In this document: in pieces, positions 1-1,376 of the stretch
How positions within the stretch are numbered: position 1 is the first letter of the stretch
Layout of the letters: every line of letters begins with the position of its first letter
Assembly (NCBI GenBank): GCA_000004985.1
Contig: GG739434.1
Strand: one strand, 5' to 3'
DNA: 1,376 nt
Source of the DNA: Naegleria gruberi
Taxonomy: Eukaryota
Program-made: the position numbers and the translations under genes
Notes under the pieces: model-generated
What the model saw: only the letters and a program-made list of their open reading frames with translations
Databases searched by the model: none
What the model was told of the DNA's origin: nothing

Positions 1-83
1 GGATATCATAATGAATCATCATATCATTAAAATAAATTATCTCTTTAAATCTTTGAAAATTCAATGTTTGATTCACTATCACT

Positions 84-124
84 GTGTCATCCCGAATAAA
101 CTTGAAAGCTGCTTCAGAGGTACT
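84..124. repeat. Left arm of a long imperfect inverted repeat (pairs with 284..333)
   Basis: gtgtcatcccgaataaacttgaaagctgcttcagaggtact. The reverse complement of 284..333 is gtgacatcccgaataaagtttgaagctcgttttttttcagtcaaggtact. The outer 17 nt match 16/17 (gtgNcatcccgaataaa). Further in, gaagct, ttcag and aggtact match with small indels. Confidence 0.7.
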
Positions 125-128
125 CGAA

Positions 129-146
129 AGCCCTCTAATTGGACAT
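129..146 (+). repeat. Direct repeat copy 1 (agccctcTAAttggacat); partner at 251..268
   Basis: 15/18 identity with 251..268 (agccctcATTttggacat). The blocks agccctc and ttggacat are identical in both copies. Confidence 0.5.
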
Positions 147-206
147 AAAATGCTGGTTTTTTGCAATTCTAGATACCTAGAAATAAAATTAAAGACCTGG
201 ACAACA

Positions 207-226
207 AAAAACTCGCAAAAACTCGC
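207..226 (+). repeat. Tandem duplication of a 10-mer (aaaaactcgc x2)
   Basis: aaaaactcgc at 207..216 is repeated exactly at 217..226 and followed by gaaa. It sits centrally in the island. Confidence 0.6.
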
Positions 227-250
227 GAAATCATATCAAAGTTTAGCACT

Positions 251-268
251 AGCCCTCATTTTGGACAT
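251..268 (+). repeat. Direct repeat copy 2 (agccctcATTttggacat)
   Basis: See copy 1. A third tggaca occurs at 197..202 (cctggacaac). Confidence 0.5.
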
Positions 269-283
269 CTAGATTGAAAACAA

Positions 284-333
284 AGTACCTTGACTGAAAA
301 AAAACGAGCTTCAAACTTTATTCGGGATGTCAC
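284..333. repeat. Right arm of the long imperfect inverted repeat (pairs with 84..124)
   Basis: agtaccttgactgaaaaaaaacgagcttcaaactttattcgggatgtcac. The core tttattcgggatg (318..330) is the exact reverse complement of catcccgaataaa (88..100). Confidence 0.7.
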
Positions 334-432
334 CACATTATAATTTTAAAAAAAAATAGTCGAAACTATTATTAGTTCATCATTCACTTAGGAATAATAT
401 TATCAACTTTAAAAAATAATAGGAATACCAAG
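334..432 (+). promoter_or_regulatory. Putative AT-rich promoter / 5' leader of the F-box-LRR gene
   Basis: A >85% AT stretch lies between the island and the ATG. It contains tataa at 339..343, about 90 nt upstream of the ATG, followed by an A9 run at 348..356. The ATG context caagATGa has an A at -3. No TSS can be assigned from sequence alone. Confidence 0.3.
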
Positions 433-1376
433 ATGAATCAATTACAAGAAGATAATTATTATGAAATATTAAAATATTTAGATTTTAAAGACTTGTTATT
501 AAATTGTACACTTGTTTGTAAAATGTGGAATTTTATTATTAATAAAAAATTAAAATTTGGAATTTCAATTAATCATGAAAAAGTATTAAAAAAATTTCAA
601 TCTTCAATTTCATGTTTTAAATTTGTAAATTCATTAAAATCTAATTGTTTCAAACATGGCATGTTGGATAAATTTACAAATTTAGAATATTTAAAACTTT
701 CATGTCAGGAAAATATTCATACAAAAATAATTGAATTTAAAAATTTAAAATATTTAAATATAAAATATGTTAAAATTAATTTGGAAAAATTTGAACAAAT
801 TTGTAAAAATTTAAAATATTTGAAATCATTTAAATTTCAAAATTCTCTTCCAATTAGTGATTGTATTAATATATTAATTAAATACTTACCAAATATAGAG
901 AATACAAATCTTACTAATGTTGGAAGTGATGAAATTAAATTATTAACACATTTAAAAAATTTAAAAAATTTAAATTTAAAAAATATTAAAAATGAAGGGT
1001 TTGAAGTAATTTGTAATTCATTTAAAAATTTAAATTCTTTAAAATTACCAGATAATTCAATTTCAAATTTCAAACCAATTACTAATTTAGTAAATTTAAC
1101 AAAATTATCAATTGATTCAAATATGGAAATTAATCAAAATATGGAATTTATTTGTAAATTAATTAAATTAAAATATTTAAATTTAAATTATTCTTTAATT
1201 ACAACAGAAAATGTTCAATTAATTTGTAATTCTTTAAAAAATTTAAATTATTTATCTTTAAAAGCAAACAAGTTAAAAAATGATTCAATTAAATTTATTA
1301 AAAATTTAAATCAATTAACAAATTTAAATTTAGAAACTAATTTATTAGAAACTGATTCAATTTCATATTTAAATGA
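433..1376 (+). CDS. F-box / leucine-rich-repeat protein (FBXL-like SCF substrate adaptor), 5'-complete, 3'-truncated by window end
   Basis: First in-frame ATG after a TAA at 391-393. The frame stays open for 314 codons plus 2 nt to the window edge. My translation starts MNQLQEDNYYEILKYLDFKDLLLNCTLVCKMWNFIINKKLKF, an F-box-like pattern (L..E.L..IL.YLD.KDLL....VCK.W). From about aa 82 it shows ~18-26-aa periodic repeats of the form x-h-x-x-I-C-x-x-L-K-N-L-x-x-L-x-L, for example EGFEVICNSFKNLNSLKL, ENVQLICNSLKNLNYLSL and QNMEFICKLIKLKYLNLN. These are typical of cysteine-containing LRRs. Codon usage (tta Leu, aaa Lys, aat Asn, caa Gln, tgt Cys) and an A at -3 before the ATG fit an AT-rich eukaryote. 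Confidence 0.8.
   Translation, partial: MNQLQEDNYYEILKYLDFKDLLLNCTLVCKMWNFIINKKLKFGISINHEKVLKKFQSSISCFKFVNSLKSNCFKHGMLDKFTNLEYLKLSCQENIHTKIIEFKNLKYLNIKYVKINLEKFEQICKNLKYLKSFKFQNSLPISDCINILIKYLPNIENTNLTNVGSDEIKLLTHLKNLKNLNLKNIKNEGFEVICNSFKNLNSLKLPDNSISNFKPITNLVNLTKLSIDSNMEINQNMEFICKLIKLKYLNLNYSLITTENVQLICNSLKNLNYLSLKANKLKNDSIKFIKNLNQLTNLNLETNLLETDSISYLN
445..564 (+). other. F-box motif-encoding segment of the CDS (aa ~5-44)
   Basis: The translated segment QEDNYYEILKYLDFKDLLLNCTLVCKMWNFIINKKLKFGI matches the F-box consensus by eye: the hydrophobic/Leu spacing, the conserved LD..DLL pair, and V-C/S-K-x-W. No HMM search was possible. Confidence 0.6.
994..1047 (+). repeat. LRR-unit coding repeat (DNA-level copy A); partners at 1207..1260 and, more weakly, 1135..1188
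   Basis: gaagggtttgaagtaatttgtaattcatttaaaaatttaaattctttaaaatta is compared with 1207..1260, gaaaatgttcaattaatttgtaattctttaaaaaatttaaattatttatcttta. They share taatttgtaattc exactly and are ~85% identical over the following ~20 nt. Both are 18 codons. Confidence 0.55.

Larger units (their letters stand above)
84..333. other. ~250-bp GC-richer island bounded by the inverted repeat; candidate MITE-like non-autonomous transposon or structured ncRNA (unresolved)
   Basis: My hand count gives ~37% GC over 84..333, against ~15-18% in the downstream CDS and the flanking AT-rich DNA. The island has terminal inverted repeats of ~40-50 nt, internal direct repeats, and no convincing ORF for a eukaryote. 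Confidence 0.35.

Noticed and set aside
80-86. cactgtg at the left boundary resembling the RSS/Transib-type heptamer
   Set aside because: The right boundary does not end in the complementary heptamer in the same register (…gtcaccaca). No TSD is visible. A single heptamer-like word is expected by chance.
119-132. ggtactcgaaagcc loosely resembling a tRNA/SINE B-box (GGTTCGANTCC)
   Set aside because: The match needs several mismatches and indels. No A-box, acceptor stem or cloverleaf could be built on either strand, so there is no support for a tRNA or tRNA-derived SINE.
116-136. Small hairpin: agagg (116..120) pairing with cctct (132..136) around an 11-nt loop
   Set aside because: A 5-bp stem alone is not significant. 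It is probably subsumed by the larger inverted-repeat architecture.
84-272. Track ORF, 62 aa, + strand, GTG-initiated (MSSRINLKAASEVLESPLIGHKM…)
   Set aside because: It needs a GTG start, which is not used in the eukaryotic context indicated by the rest of the window. It has no upstream ribosome-binding or promoter logic and lies wholly inside the inverted-repeat-bounded island. Its start coinciding exactly with the left arm terminus is notable but more likely a coincidence of an open frame in GC-richer sequence. It is only worth revisiting if the island proves to be of bacterial or viral origin.
837-1073. Track ORF, 78 aa, - strand (MKFEIELSGNFKEFKFLNELQ…FFKFKFFKFFK…)
   Set aside because: It is antisense to, and fully embedded in, the well-supported F-box/LRR CDS. 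Its low-complexity F/K-rich translation is what the reverse complement of AAA/AAT/TTA-rich LRR codons produces. No independent evidence supports it.
433-1376. Possibility that the window is bacterial (e.g. Legionella or Amoebophilus-type F-box effector)
   Set aside because: Coding GC of ~15-18% is far below those genomes. There is no Shine-Dalgarno upstream of the ATG, and the promoter region looks eukaryotic (TATAA plus A-run, A at -3). A eukaryotic or giant-virus origin is more parsimonious, though this cannot be proven from 1.4 kb.

Overview
Extremely AT-rich window that looks eukaryotic (dictyostelid/amoeba-like codon usage; an AT-rich giant virus cannot be excluded). Two things stand out. 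(1) A long open frame starts at ATG 433 and runs off the 3' end (433..1376, + strand). It encodes an N-terminal F-box motif followed by cysteine-containing leucine-rich repeats, the architecture of an FBXL-type SCF ubiquitin-ligase substrate adaptor. The ORF track omits it only because it has no stop inside the window. (2) Upstream of it lies a ~250-bp island (84..333) of roughly double the GC content (~37% versus ~17% in the gene). The island is closed by a long imperfect inverted repeat (84..124 versus 284..333) and also carries an 18-nt internal direct repeat, a thrice-repeated (c/t)tggaca motif and a tandem 10-mer. This island is the main candidate for something undescribed: a MITE-like insertion or a structured ncRNA next to the promoter. 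The two ORFs in the supplied track (84..272 +, 837..1073 -) are probably not genes. No rRNA, tRNA or CRISPR was found.
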